Source: Burkholderiales bacterium (lineage in GTDB: Bacteria; Pseudomonadota; Gammaproteobacteria; Burkholderiales; SG8-39). From it: 64,000 nucleotides of DNA. Shown here piece after piece: positions 1-8,801 of this stretch. Position 1 is the stretch's first letter, and the number at the start of each line of letters is the position of its first letter. The stretch spans positions 6,113-70,112 of the forward strand of contig DATMJC010000086.1 of assembly GCA_035554435.1 (NCBI GenBank), read 5' to 3'. The notes beneath the pieces were generated by a model that saw only the letters and a program-made list of their open reading frames with translations, did no database searches and was not told the DNA's origin. Position numbers and translations under genes: made by a program.

Positions 1-113
1 TAGGGTTGAGGCCTTTAGCTTGCGGCGATCACCCCGATATTGTGATCGAGGCACCCTGTTTTTGCCGCCAGCAGGCGAATTTAAGCGCGAAATTCTAGCA
101 TAATCAGGCATCA

Positions 114-914
114 ATGGCCGTTTTACTCAAGACTCCCGAGGAGCTGGAGCGCATGCGCATCGCCGGGCGGCTCGCCGGCGAGGTGCTCGACTTCATCGCG
201 CCTCACGTGAAGCCGGGCGTAACGACCGGCAAGCTGAACGACCTCTGCCACGACTACATGGTGCGGGTCCAGCGCACCATTCCGGCGCCCCTCAACTACG
301 CGCCGCCGGGCTACAAGCCGTTCCCGAAGTCGATCTGCACGTCGGTGAACCACCAGGTGTGCCACGGCATCCCGGGCGACCGGGTGCTCAAGCCGGGCGA
401 CGTCCTGAACATCGACGTCACGGTAATCAAGGACGGCTACCACGGCGATTCCAGCCGCATGTACTACCTCGGCGAGCCCAGCATCCAGGCGCGCCGGCTG
501 GTGGAGGTCACCTACGAATGCATGTGGCTCGGCATCCGCCAGGTGCGCCCGGGCGCCCGGCTGGGCGATCTCGGCTCCGCGATCCAGGCCCACGCCGACA
601 AGCACGGCTTCTCGGTGGTGCGCGAGTTCTGCGGCCACGGTATCGGCCGCAAGTTCCACGAGGAGCCGCAGGTGCTGCACTACGGGCGGCCGGGAACGGG
701 GCTGGTGCTCGAGCCGGGCATGACCTTCACCGTCGAGCCCATGATCAACGCCGGCAAGGCCGGCATCCGCGAGCTCGCCGACGGCTGGACCATCGTCACC
801 AAGGACCACAGCCTGTCCGCGCAGTGGGAGCACACGGTCGCAGTCACCGAGTCGGGCTTCGAGGTTCTGACCCAGTCCGCCGGGTCGATGGCGGAGCCGG
901 CGCTTCTTGGTTGA
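114..914 (+). CDS. map: type I methionine aminopeptidase
   Basis: 266-aa ORF with full-length MetAP-I sequence. Conserved metal-ligand blocks are present (VCHGIPG, DVTV..DGYHGD, FCGHGIG, EPMIN, QWEHT). Confidence 0.95.
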   Translation: MAVLLKTPEELERMRIAGRLAGEVLDFIAPHVKPGVTTGKLNDLCHDYMVRVQRTIPAPLNYAPPGYKPFPKSICTSVNHQVCHGIPGDRVLKPGDVLNIDVTVIKDGYHGDSSRMYYLGEPSIQARRLVEVTYECMWLGIRQVRPGARLGDLGSAIQAHADKHGFSVVREFCGHGIGRKFHEEPQVLHYGRPGTGLVLEPGMTFTVEPMINAGKAGIRELADGWTIVTKDHSLSAQWEHTVAVTESGFEVLTQSAGSMAEPALLG

Positions 915-3489
915 TCTAAGGAAGAGCCTCGCGGAGGAACGCCAGGCCCTGCGCCTCGCGTACCTCGGCAAGCCCGATCCGCAGCTGCTCCTGCGCCGGC
1001 ACTGCGCGCTCGTCGACCGCACCATCCGCGAAGTGTGGCGCGATGCCGCGCTCGACGGCGCGGCGCTCGTCGCCACCGGCGGCTACGGCCGCGGCGAGCT
1101 CTACCCGGGCTCGGACGTCGACCTCCTGGTCCTGCTCCCGGACGCGATCACCGAGGCCGGCAAGGAGAAGGTCGAGAAGCTGATCGGCACGCTCTGGGAC
1201 ATCGGCCTCGAGATCGGCCACAGCGTGCGCACCGTGCGGGGCTGCGTCGAGAGCGCGGCCGAGGACATCACCATCCGCACCACGCTGATGGAAGCCCGCT
1301 ACCTCGCCGGCAGCCGGCGTCTCTTTTCCGAGCTGGTCAACGCGCTGGAGGAAACCGAGGATCCGCTGTCGTTTTTCAAGGCGAAGAAGCTCGAGCAGGA
1401 GCAGCGCCACGCCAAGCACCAGGACACCCCCTACTCGCTCGAGCCGAACCTCAAGGAAGCCCCGGGCGGCCTGCGCGACCTGCACAGCATCATCTGGATC
1501 GCGCGCGCGAGCGGCATCGGCCGCAGGTGGAGCGACCTCGTGTCCGCGGGGCTGCTCGAGCGCCACGAGGCGCGCCAGCTCGCGCGCCACGAGGCCGCGT
1601 TCCAGGACCTGCGCATCCGCCTGCACTACCTCGCCGGGCGCCGCGAGGACCGCATCGTGTTCGATTTCCAGAACGCGCTCGCCGCGCAGTACGGCGACGT
1701 CGACACGCCCGACCGGCGCGCGAGCGAAGCGATGATGCAGCGCTACTACCGCGCGGCCAAGACCGTCACGCAGCTCAACACCATCGTGCTGCAGAACATC
1801 GGCGCGCGGCTCTTTCCGCAGCCCGAGGACTCTGCGCGCAGCCTGAACGAGCGCTTCGAGATCCGGAACGAACTGCTCCACGTGGTGGAAGAGGAATTGT
1901 TCGAACGTCAGCCAAGCGCCATCCTCGAGAGCTTCCTCCTGATGATGCAGCACCATGAGCTGCGCGGCATGACTGCGCCGACGCTGCGCGCGCTGTGGCG
2001 CGCCCGGCGGCGCATCGACGCGAAATTCAGGCGCGACCCGCTCGCGCAGCTCCTGTTCCTGCAGATCCTGCAGCAGCCGCGCGGCATCGTGCACGAGTTC
2101 CGGCGCATGAACCAGTACGGCATCCTCGGCCGCTACCTGCCCGAGTTCGGCCGCATCGTCGGCCAGATGCAGCACGACCTCTTCCACGTGTACACGGTCG
2201 ACCAGCACATCCTCATGGTCCTGAGGAACGTGCGCCGCTTCACCATGCCCGAGTTCGCGCACGAGTTCCCGCTCTGCAGCGAGCTCATGAACGGCTTCGA
2301 GCGGCACTGGCTCATCTACATCGCCGCGCTCTACCACGACATCGCCAAGGGCCGCGGTGGTGACCACTCGGAATTAGGAAGTTTGGATGTTAGGGGTTTT
2401 TCGAAGCGGCACGGGTTGTCGGACGAAGACACCGACCTCGTCGTGTTCCTGGTCGAGCGCCACCTCGCCATGTCGCACGTCGCGCAGAAGCGCGACGTCT
2501 ACGACCCCGAGGTGATCCGCGCTTTCGCCGAGCTCTGCGCCAGCGAGCGGCGCCTGGTCGCGCTCTATCTCCTCACGGTGGCGGACGTGCGCGGCACCAG
2601 CCCCAAGGTCTGGAACGGCTGGAAAGCGAAGCTGCTCGAGGATCTCTTCCGTGCGGCGCGGCGCGTCCTCACCGGCGCGCCGCTCGAGCGCGACGCCGCG
2701 CTCGCCGAAAAGCAGGCCGAGGCGACGCGACTGCTTCGGCTCTACGCCCTTTCGGACGGGGTCAAGGACCGCTTCTGGAAGCAGCTCGACACCGCCTATT
2801 TCCTGCGCCACGAGCCGCAGGAGATCGCGTGGCACACGCGCAGCCTGCACTATCGCGTCGGCGCCGCCCAGCCCGTGGTCAAGGCGCGGCTCGCGCCCTT
2901 CGGTGAGGGCCTGCAGGTGATGATCTACATGCCGGACCGCGAGGCGCTCTTCGCGCGCATCTGCGGCTACTTCGAGCGCGCCGGCTTCAACATCGCGGAG
3001 GCCAAGATCCACACCACGCGCGACGGCTACGCGCTCGACACGTTCATGGTCATGGGCCAGGGGAGCGGCGCGCACTACCGGGACATGATCAGCCTGATCG
3101 AGTCCGAGCTCGCCGCCGAGCTCGAGTCGCAGGCGCCGCTCGCGCCGCCGCGCGGCGGCCGGCTGTCCCGGCGCGTGCGCCACTTTCCGATCTCGCCTTC
3201 CGTCGACATCCGCCCCGACGAGCGCGGCTCGCTCTACGCGCTGAACATCGTCGCCGCGGACCGGCCTGGCCTACTCTACGGCGTCGCGCGGACGCTCGCG
3301 CGCTACCGCATCAGCCTCCAGACCGCGCGCATCAACACGCTGGGCGACCGCGCCGAAGACGTGTTCCTGGTCTCCGGCGAGGCGCTTTCCAACTCGAAGA
3401 CCGTGCTGCAGCTCGAGCAGGATCTTCTCAAGGAGCTCTCGCTCAGTCCGCAAGCAATAGCCCCGGTGCTCGCGGTCACCCCTTCGTAG
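907..3489 (+). CDS. glnD: bifunctional [protein-PII] uridylyltransferase/uridylyl-removing enzyme
   Basis: 860-aa ORF with an N-terminal nucleotidyltransferase block (GGYGRGELYPGSDVDLLVL), an HD domain (HDIAKGRGGDH) and two C-terminal ACT-like regions. The TTG start overlaps the map stop, so the exact start is uncertain. Confidence 0.93.
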   Translation: MVDLRKSLAEERQALRLAYLGKPDPQLLLRRHCALVDRTIREVWRDAALDGAALVATGGYGRGELYPGSDVDLLVLLPDAITEAGKEKVEKLIGTLWDIGLEIGHSVRTVRGCVESAAEDITIRTTLMEARYLAGSRRLFSELVNALEETEDPLSFFKAKKLEQEQRHAKHQDTPYSLEPNLKEAPGGLRDLHSIIWIARASGIGRRWSDLVSAGLLERHEARQLARHEAAFQDLRIRLHYLAGRREDRIVFDFQNALAAQYGDVDTPDRRASEAMMQRYYRAAKTVTQLNTIVLQNIGARLFPQPEDSARSLNERFEIRNELLHVVEEELFERQPSAILESFLLMMQHHELRGMTAPTLRALWRARRRIDAKFRRDPLAQLLFLQILQQPRGIVHEFRRMNQYGILGRYLPEFGRIVGQMQHDLFHVYTVDQHILMVLRNVRRFTMPEFAHEFPLCSELMNGFERHWLIYIAALYHDIAKGRGGDHSELGSLDVRGFSKRHGLSDEDTDLVVFLVERHLAMSHVAQKRDVYDPEVIRAFAELCASERRLVALYLLTVADVRGTSPKVWNGWKAKLLEDLFRAARRVLTGAPLERDAALAEKQAEATRLLRLYALSDGVKDRFWKQLDTAYFLRHEPQEIAWHTRSLHYRVGAAQPVVKARLAPFGEGLQVMIYMPDREALFARICGYFERAGFNIAEAKIHTTRDGYALDTFMVMGQGSGAHYRDMISLIESELAAELESQAPLAPPRGGRLSRRVRHFPISPSVDIRPDERGSLYALNIVAADRPGLLYGVARTLARYRISLQTARINTLGDRAEDVFLVSGEALSNSKTVLQLEQDLLKELSLSPQAIAPVLAVTPS

Positions 3490-3502
3490 AAAGCCAAGCA
3501 GG

Positions 3503-4054
3503 ATGCCGCACATCCCTCCCTGCCTGCCAGCTATCGCGCCGAAGGAATCGGTTGCGGTTTACGAGGAGTTCTATCGCGGCATGCACTTTTCCGCGCCGCC
3601 CAACTTCATCATGACCCAGGGACACGCGCCCAACGTGGCGCGCGCCACGTGGGAGGCGGTCAGGAACATCCTGGTCGGGGGCATCATCCCGCGCTGGATC
3701 AAGGAGCTGATGTTCGTCGCGATCTCCGTGGACCGCCAATGCATGTACTGCGCGGCGGCGCACGTCGCCTGCTGCGGCATGCTGGACGTCAATCCCGAAT
3801 GGACCCAGGCGACCGCCCAGAGCAACGTCGACGCCATCTCCGACCCGAAGCTGCGCGACATGATCAAGTTCGCGCTCAAGTGCTCGCGCAGCCCGCAAGG
3901 CCTGTCGCCGGAGGATTTCAGCGGGCTGCGCGCCTACGGGCTTCAGGTGGCGCAGATCATGGAAATCATCGACATGGCGGCGTTCGCGGTCTACGCAAAC
4001 ATCATTGCGGACGCTACGGCGATGGCAAGCGACGACATGTTCGAGAAGCTGTGA
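3503..4054 (+). CDS. carboxymuconolactone decarboxylase / AhpD-like family protein
   Basis: 183-aa ORF carrying the CMD-family signature CMYCAAAH (CxxCxxxH). Confidence 0.75.
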   Translation: MPHIPPCLPAIAPKESVAVYEEFYRGMHFSAPPNFIMTQGHAPNVARATWEAVRNILVGGIIPRWIKELMFVAISVDRQCMYCAAAHVACCGMLDVNPEWTQATAQSNVDAISDPKLRDMIKFALKCSRSPQGLSPEDFSGLRAYGLQVAQIMEIIDMAAFAVYANIIADATAMASDDMFEKL

Positions 4055-4623
4055 TCGAAACCTTCATCCGCGAGTACATGCTGTCCGACCCCTCGATCTG
4101 CGACTCGCTGGTCGAGCTGCACAAGAAGGCCGTCGCCGCCAACCTGGCGCTTCCAGGCACGGTCGGCCCGCAGTCGATCGTCGAGCCCAGCGTCAAGCGC
4201 AGCACCGATCTCGGCATCGGCGTCGCGCAGAAGCATTTCGACCTGCGCGAGTTCAGGTTCGACGCGTACATGCGGGAAGTTTCGGGCTTCCTGAACAGCT
4301 ACATCGAGGAGCTGATGAGCCACGGCGGCAGCTTCACCATGAAGTTTCCGCCGCAGATCCAGTGGTACAAGCCCGGCGAGGGTTTCTACGGCTGGCATAT
4401 CGACGGCGCCGCCGGGCAGTGCGACCGGGCCATCGTGTTTACCTCCTACCTGAACGACGTCACCGACGGCGGCGGCACCGAGTTCCACTACCAGCGCATG
4501 CTGACGTCGCCGGTGAAAGGCAAGACCGTCATCTTTCCCGCGGCGCTCACGCACGTTCACCGCGGCGTGGTCTCTCCCACCCAGCACAAGTACCTGCTCA
4601 CGGGCTGGCTGTGGTGGGCGTGA
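4051..4623 (+). CDS. small 2OG-Fe(II) oxygenase (prolyl-4-hydroxylase-like)
   Basis: This is the in-frame part of ORF 3649..4623. The GTG at 4051 overlaps the upstream TGA (GTGA), and an alternative ATG lies at 4078. An HxD...H facial triad is visible (WHIDG ... THVHRG). Confidence 0.7.
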   Translation: MIETFIREYMLSDPSICDSLVELHKKAVAANLALPGTVGPQSIVEPSVKRSTDLGIGVAQKHFDLREFRFDAYMREVSGFLNSYIEELMSHGGSFTMKFPPQIQWYKPGEGFYGWHIDGAAGQCDRAIVFTSYLNDVTDGGGTEFHYQRMLTSPVKGKTVIFPAALTHVHRGVVSPTQHKYLLTGWLWWA

Positions 4624-4635
4624 CGGTTCGCTGGC

Positions 4636-5061
4636 CTATTTTTCCTTCTGGAACAGCCCGTACTTCGGCGAGGCCTTGAACTCGACGATGTTCCCGCAGC
4701 CGTCGTGGACCAGCATGATGTGCTGCTCCTTGACCTCGCCGGGGAAGACCACCTGGGGCTCGGTGTAGAAGTTCGCCTTCGCCGCGCGCAGGCGTTCGGC
4801 AAGCTGGTTCCAGTAGCCGATGGGAACCACGATGCCGAAGTGGCGGCAGGGCGTAAGCACCCCGAAGGAGTCGATGTCGGTCGTCCTGTGCGACGCGTCC
4901 TTGGGCTCGACGTGCGTCACCAGGTGGTGGCCGAAGAAGTTGAAGTCGATCCGCATGGCCGCGCTGCGGCCTTCGGAGCATCCGAGCAGCTCGCCGTAGA
5001 ATTTGCGCGCGGAAGGAAGGTCGGTCACCGGAACCGAAAGGTGGAAGGGCGTGAGCTCCAT
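4636..5061 (-). CDS. VOC (glyoxalase/bleomycin-resistance/dioxygenase) family protein
   Basis: 141-aa ORF with a typical VOC N-terminus (FHLSVPVTDLPSARKFYGELLG). Confidence 0.75.
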   Translation of the reverse strand: MELTPFHLSVPVTDLPSARKFYGELLGCSEGRSAAMRIDFNFFGHHLVTHVEPKDASHRTTDIDSFGVLTPCRHFGIVVPIGYWNQLAERLRAAKANFYTEPQVVFPGEVKEQHIMLVHDGCGNIVEFKASPKYGLFQKEK

Positions 5062-5099
5062 GGTCTTGTCCTCCGTGATGCTTCAGTCGTTCGCGAACG

Positions 5100-6071
5100 C
5101 TATTCCGCCTTGATGCCGGCAGCCTTCACCACCGGCCCGTAGCGCTCGAGGTCGCGCCGGATCTGCTCGGCGAGCTGCGCCGGCGAGCCGGGGGCGGCGA
5201 TGCTGCCGATGGCGTCGAGGCGCTCGATCACCGCGGGCTCCGACAGCGCGGCGTTCAGCTCGGCGCTCAGCCTGTCGATCACGGCTTTGGGTGTTTTCGC
5301 CGGCGCGAGAATTCCGTGCCACGCAGTGATGACGAGGTCGCCCATGCCGCTTTCGACGAGGGTCGGTACCTCGGGCAGGAATTTCGAGCGCTGCGCGGTG
5401 GAGATTGACAGCGCGCGAAGCTTCCCCGCCTTGATGTAGTCGAGCGAGCCGGCGAGCGCCGCTCCGACGAGCGGCAGGTGTCCGCCCAGCGCGTCCACCA
5501 TGGCGGGCGCGGCGCCCTTATAGGGAACATGGACGAACTTGGCGCCGGTCCGCTGGTTGAGCAGCTCGAACATGATGTGCTGCGTGCTTCCCGTGCCGGC
5601 GGTTCCGTAGGGCAGCCCGCCTTCGCGGGTCTTGGAAAGCGCGATCAGCTCGGCCAGCGTTCTTGCCGGCACCTGCGGATTCGCTACTACCAGCAGGGGC
5701 ACGTCGCCGATCTTGCCGATCGGCGCGAAATCCTTGACCGGATCGAACGGAAGCCTGGAGAAGATGTACGGATTGATGACCAGCGTGCCGTCGAATCCGA
5801 GGAGCAGCGTGTGTCCATCGGGCTCGGCCAGCGCGACCTGCTGCGTGCCGATGTTGCCGTTGGCGCCGGTCCGGTTCTCGACCACCACCTGCTGCCCCAA
5901 CCTCGCGGACAGCTGGCCGGCGACGAGGCGCGCCACCAGATCGGCTGCGCCACCCGCCGCAAAGGGGCAGATCAGGCGCACCGGCTTCGCGGGATACCCG
6001 GGTTGCGAAAGCGCCGGCGCGCAGAAGCCGATCCAGCCGCAGACGAGCGCTGCGAGCGCGAGGATGCGCAT
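5100..6071 (-). CDS. Bug/TctC-family tripartite tricarboxylate transporter substrate-binding protein
   Basis: 323-aa ORF with a signal peptide and the Bug hallmark YPAKPVRLICPFAAGGAADLVAR...VVENRTGANG. Confidence 0.88.
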   Translation of the reverse strand: MRILALAALVCGWIGFCAPALSQPGYPAKPVRLICPFAAGGAADLVARLVAGQLSARLGQQVVVENRTGANGNIGTQQVALAEPDGHTLLLGFDGTLVINPYIFSRLPFDPVKDFAPIGKIGDVPLLVVANPQVPARTLAELIALSKTREGGLPYGTAGTGSTQHIMFELLNQRTGAKFVHVPYKGAAPAMVDALGGHLPLVGAALAGSLDYIKAGKLRALSISTAQRSKFLPEVPTLVESGMGDLVITAWHGILAPAKTPKAVIDRLSAELNAALSEPAVIERLDAIGSIAAPGSPAQLAEQIRRDLERYGPVVKAAGIKAE

Positions 6072-6150
6072 TCGCCTACCCTACCATTACGCTGCCGGGC
6101 TCACTTTGCTGTTTCGATTTCCCGGACGAGGAGACAAGGAGAAATCTGCC

Positions 6151-6942
6151 ATGCCGTTGGCGAGAGTCGGTGACCTGAACATCAACTACAGCGTGCAGGG
6201 CTCGGGAGACTGGCTGGTGCTGATCGGCGGTTATGCCAGCTCAGACTGGCAGTCCTGGGGCGCGGTGCTGACCGAGCTTGCGAGGGACTATCGCGTGCTC
6301 GCGTTCGACAACCGCGGCATCGGCGGCAGCGACGTGCCGGACTATCCGTACACGACGCAGATGCTCGCGCGCGACACGCTCGGCCTCATGGATCATCTGG
6401 GCATCGAGCGGGCGCGAGTATTGGGCAAATCGATGGGAGGCGCGATCGCCCAATGGGTCGCCCTGGAGCAGCCGCAGCGCGTGAGGTGCCTCGCGATGAC
6501 CTCGACCACCTCGAGGCTCGGCAGCCGCGCGCGCAGGATGGTGCGGTGGTGGATGGATACCGCGAGAGACAGCGGCTTCGCGGCACTCTTCCCCGGCGAG
6601 CTCACCTACTTCTACACCGCGGAGTACTACGACGCGCATCCCGACGCGATCGCGCGCGCGGAGCAGGCGCTGATCTCGGTGCACCGTCCGCTGAAAGGCT
6701 TTCTGCACATGGGGCATGCGCTCATCCACCACGATACGTGGGACCGCCTTGGGGAAATCGAGGCGCCAGTGTTCCTGCTCTGCGGAGCCGACGACATGAT
6801 CACGCCGGCGAAGCATTGCGAGGCAATGGCGCGCCGCCTGCCAAACGCGGAGCTGCATATCATTCCCGATACGCTTCATGGCGTGATGAGCGAGAAGCCG
6901 GAAACCTTCCAGCTCGTGCGCGATTTCCTCCGGCGGCACTAG
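6151..6942 (+). CDS. alpha/beta hydrolase
   Basis: This uses the internal ATG of ORF 5632..6942; the region upstream of 6151 is antisense to the Bug gene. The nucleophile elbow GKSMGG is present and the C-terminus is typical of the fold. Confidence 0.8.
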   Translation: MPLARVGDLNINYSVQGSGDWLVLIGGYASSDWQSWGAVLTELARDYRVLAFDNRGIGGSDVPDYPYTTQMLARDTLGLMDHLGIERARVLGKSMGGAIAQWVALEQPQRVRCLAMTSTTSRLGSRARRMVRWWMDTARDSGFAALFPGELTYFYTAEYYDAHPDAIARAEQALISVHRPLKGFLHMGHALIHHDTWDRLGEIEAPVFLLCGADDMITPAKHCEAMARRLPNAELHIIPDTLHGVMSEKPETFQLVRDFLRRH

Positions 6943-7670
6943 GCGCTTTTTCGGAAGAGGCCGATGACCGAGAGTCCGTAGGGAAAGAACGTCCGTCCGA
7001 TCAGCGCCGACTCCGCCGCGAAGACGCAGTGGAGCATGCGGTTGAGCAACGCCGGCGGCAGCACCAAAGGGTCCTCTCCCGCGCCGCCCGCCCCGCGGCT
7101 CGCGAGCCGTCCAATCGCAGCGAGCGGAAAGAGAAGCGTGTTGTAGTAGCCCAGCCGAGCGGGTCGAAGCGATACCGCCCCGGCGATAGTCTTGAGCTGC
7201 GTGGCCGTGTAGCGGCGAAGGTGATGCGACGACCTGTCGTGCGCCGAATAGAGCCACTGGTACGCCGGCACCGTGACGATCATGACGCCGTCCGGCGCGA
7301 GGCGCTCGCGCGCCGCGCGCAGCGCGTCCTCGTCGCGCTCGACGTGCTCGAGGACGTCGAACAGGCACACGAGGTCGAAGCGCCGATCCGCGAACGGCAG
7401 ATCGTCTGGCAGCGAGCCGGGCAAGATCTCGACGTCGTGGCGCGCGCGCGCCTGGTCGCGCGAGAAAGAATCCTGCTCGAGCGCCGCGACCGAGCCGAAC
7501 GCCCGCAGCACGGGAAGATTGGCGCCGGCGCCGCAGCCGATCTCCAGGATGCGGGCCGCCGGGGGCAACGCCAGGCTCGCGAGCAGGCGCTCGAGGATCG
7601 CTGCGCGCCCGGTGAACCACCAGTGCGCGTGGAGGGTCGCCGCCGCGCGCTCGTACGCCACCCGGTCCAT
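6939..7670 (-). CDS. class I SAM-dependent methyltransferase
   Basis: 243-aa ORF with motif I ILEIGCGAGANL. Its stop codon shares CTAG with the convergent hydrolase gene. Confidence 0.8.
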   Translation of the reverse strand: MDRVAYERAAATLHAHWWFTGRAAILERLLASLALPPAARILEIGCGAGANLPVLRAFGSVAALEQDSFSRDQARARHDVEILPGSLPDDLPFADRRFDLVCLFDVLEHVERDEDALRAARERLAPDGVMIVTVPAYQWLYSAHDRSSHHLRRYTATQLKTIAGAVSLRPARLGYYNTLLFPLAAIGRLASRGAGGAGEDPLVLPPALLNRMLHCVFAAESALIGRTFFPYGLSVIGLFRKSA

Positions 7671-7808
7671 CGCGGCAGAAATTACCTGGGAGGGTTTCGG
7701 AGGTCACGATTTTGGCATGCACGGCCTCCGCGGTGGATTCGATGCAATGCAACAGGGAACAGCGCTTGCTGGTTTGGTTAACGCCCGACTATTCGAGAGG
7801 ATCTCGTC

Positions 7809-8327
7809 ATGAAAGCTCTGTACTCGTTGCTTGCTGCAGCGCTCGCGGCTGGGGGAATCGCCTCCGCGTCCGCGGCGGACGCACCCTTTGTCAACGCACA
7901 GACGGTGCGCCAGGCGCAGAAGGTCCTGAACGACCGCGGCTTTCGCACCGGCGGCGTCGACGGGCGCATGGGCCCGCAGACCGAAGCCGCGCTGGTGAAT
8001 TTCCAGCGCGCCGAGAAGCTGCAGCCAACGGGCAAGCTCGACCGGCAGACGCTTGCCGCCCTGGGCCTGAACAAGGCGGATCAGACGGCGCAAGGCACTT
8101 CCGGCCACTACCCGGCCTCGACGATCCGCAAGGTCCAGGAAACGCTGAACGCCCGCGGCTACAAGGCGGGAGCCGCGAACGGAATTCTCGGCGACGCCAC
8201 ACGCGCGGCGCTGCGCCAATTCCAGAAATCCGAGAGCATCGCCGTGACAGGACGGCCCAACCCGCGCACCCTCGCCCGCCTGGGCATCGAGGACACCGCT
8301 TCCGCGGGCAGCACCGCAAGCCGTTAG
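7809..8327 (+). CDS. secreted protein with two peptidoglycan-binding (PG_binding_1-like) repeats
   Basis: The signal peptide is MKALYSLLAAALAAGGIASASA. Two repeats of the pattern Q..L...G(F/Y)..G..DG..G..T..AL..FQ follow. No catalytic domain is visible. Confidence 0.75.
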   Translation: MKALYSLLAAALAAGGIASASAADAPFVNAQTVRQAQKVLNDRGFRTGGVDGRMGPQTEAALVNFQRAEKLQPTGKLDRQTLAALGLNKADQTAQGTSGHYPASTIRKVQETLNARGYKAGAANGILGDATRAALRQFQKSESIAVTGRPNPRTLARLGIEDTASAGSTASR

Positions 8328-8737
8328 GCGGAGATCTCCGCAGCGTCGCGCATCGTGTTGGCGATCACGCCGTAGGCCGCGACCCACGCTTCGCGGATCT
8401 CCGGCGTGAACGCCGCGCCGAGTCCCTGCTCGAGCGTCCAGAGAAGCGCCGCGCCGACGGTGTAGTAATGCTCGGGGCGCACGCCGTACGTGGCGTGTCG
8501 CCGTCCGAGCGCCCGGATGGCCGGGAGGAGCACCTGCAGCCTCGTGAGGCCATTCACCGTGTAGGAGATCATCGCCATCACCTTCTGTCCCTGCTCCCGC
8601 ATGTCGCCGAGGAACAGCGGCCGCAGCGACGGGTCGAGAAAAAAGAGCCTGCCGTAGAACATCTGCGCCGCGGTCTCGGCGACGGGAGCTACCTGCTTCC
8701 AGCTTGCCTGCACGAGGTCGATCTGTTGGGGGGTCAC
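8324..8737 (-). CDS. single-domain globin (sensor-type / protoglobin-like)
   Basis: 137-aa ORF with a globin N-terminus (IDLVQASWKQV...MFYGRLF..DPSLRPLF) and a candidate proximal His in RRHATYGV. The GTG start is preceded by AAAGGAGGG. Confidence 0.75.
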   Translation of the reverse strand: MTPQQIDLVQASWKQVAPVAETAAQMFYGRLFFLDPSLRPLFLGDMREQGQKVMAMISYTVNGLTRLQVLLPAIRALGRRHATYGVRPEHYYTVGAALLWTLEQGLGAAFTPEIREAWVAAYGVIANTMRDAAEISA

Positions 8738-8801
8738 ACACCCTCCTTTCGACCCCGCACGTTAGGCGCGAGCGGTATCCGTCCTGCTTAATTCTGGAAA
8801 C

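Noticed and set aside
1-113. Candidate promoter upstream of map (a TTGCCG near 62 and CATAAT near 99).
   Set aside because: The spacing between the best -35-like and -10-like hexamers is far from 17 nt, so I cannot support a specific promoter call.
2371-2401. Short patches of A/T-ending codons inside otherwise G/C-ending genes. Examples are glnD 2371-2401, fahA about 9421-9455, the DUF1185 gene about 12581-12610, ligA about 48131-48200, 48951-48990, 49441-49465 and 49821-49870, and the smc N-terminus 54291-54362. I considered them as possible insertions, uptake sequences or foreign mosaic segments.
   Set aside because: The encoded peptides are the native conserved motifs of the respective proteins, for example GDHSELGSLD in GlnD and IQVGRTG and LEVRGE in LigA. 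Reading frames are uninterrupted and the patches share no common sequence motif. I treat them as local codon-usage fluctuation. Only a quantitative codon or recombination analysis could say more.
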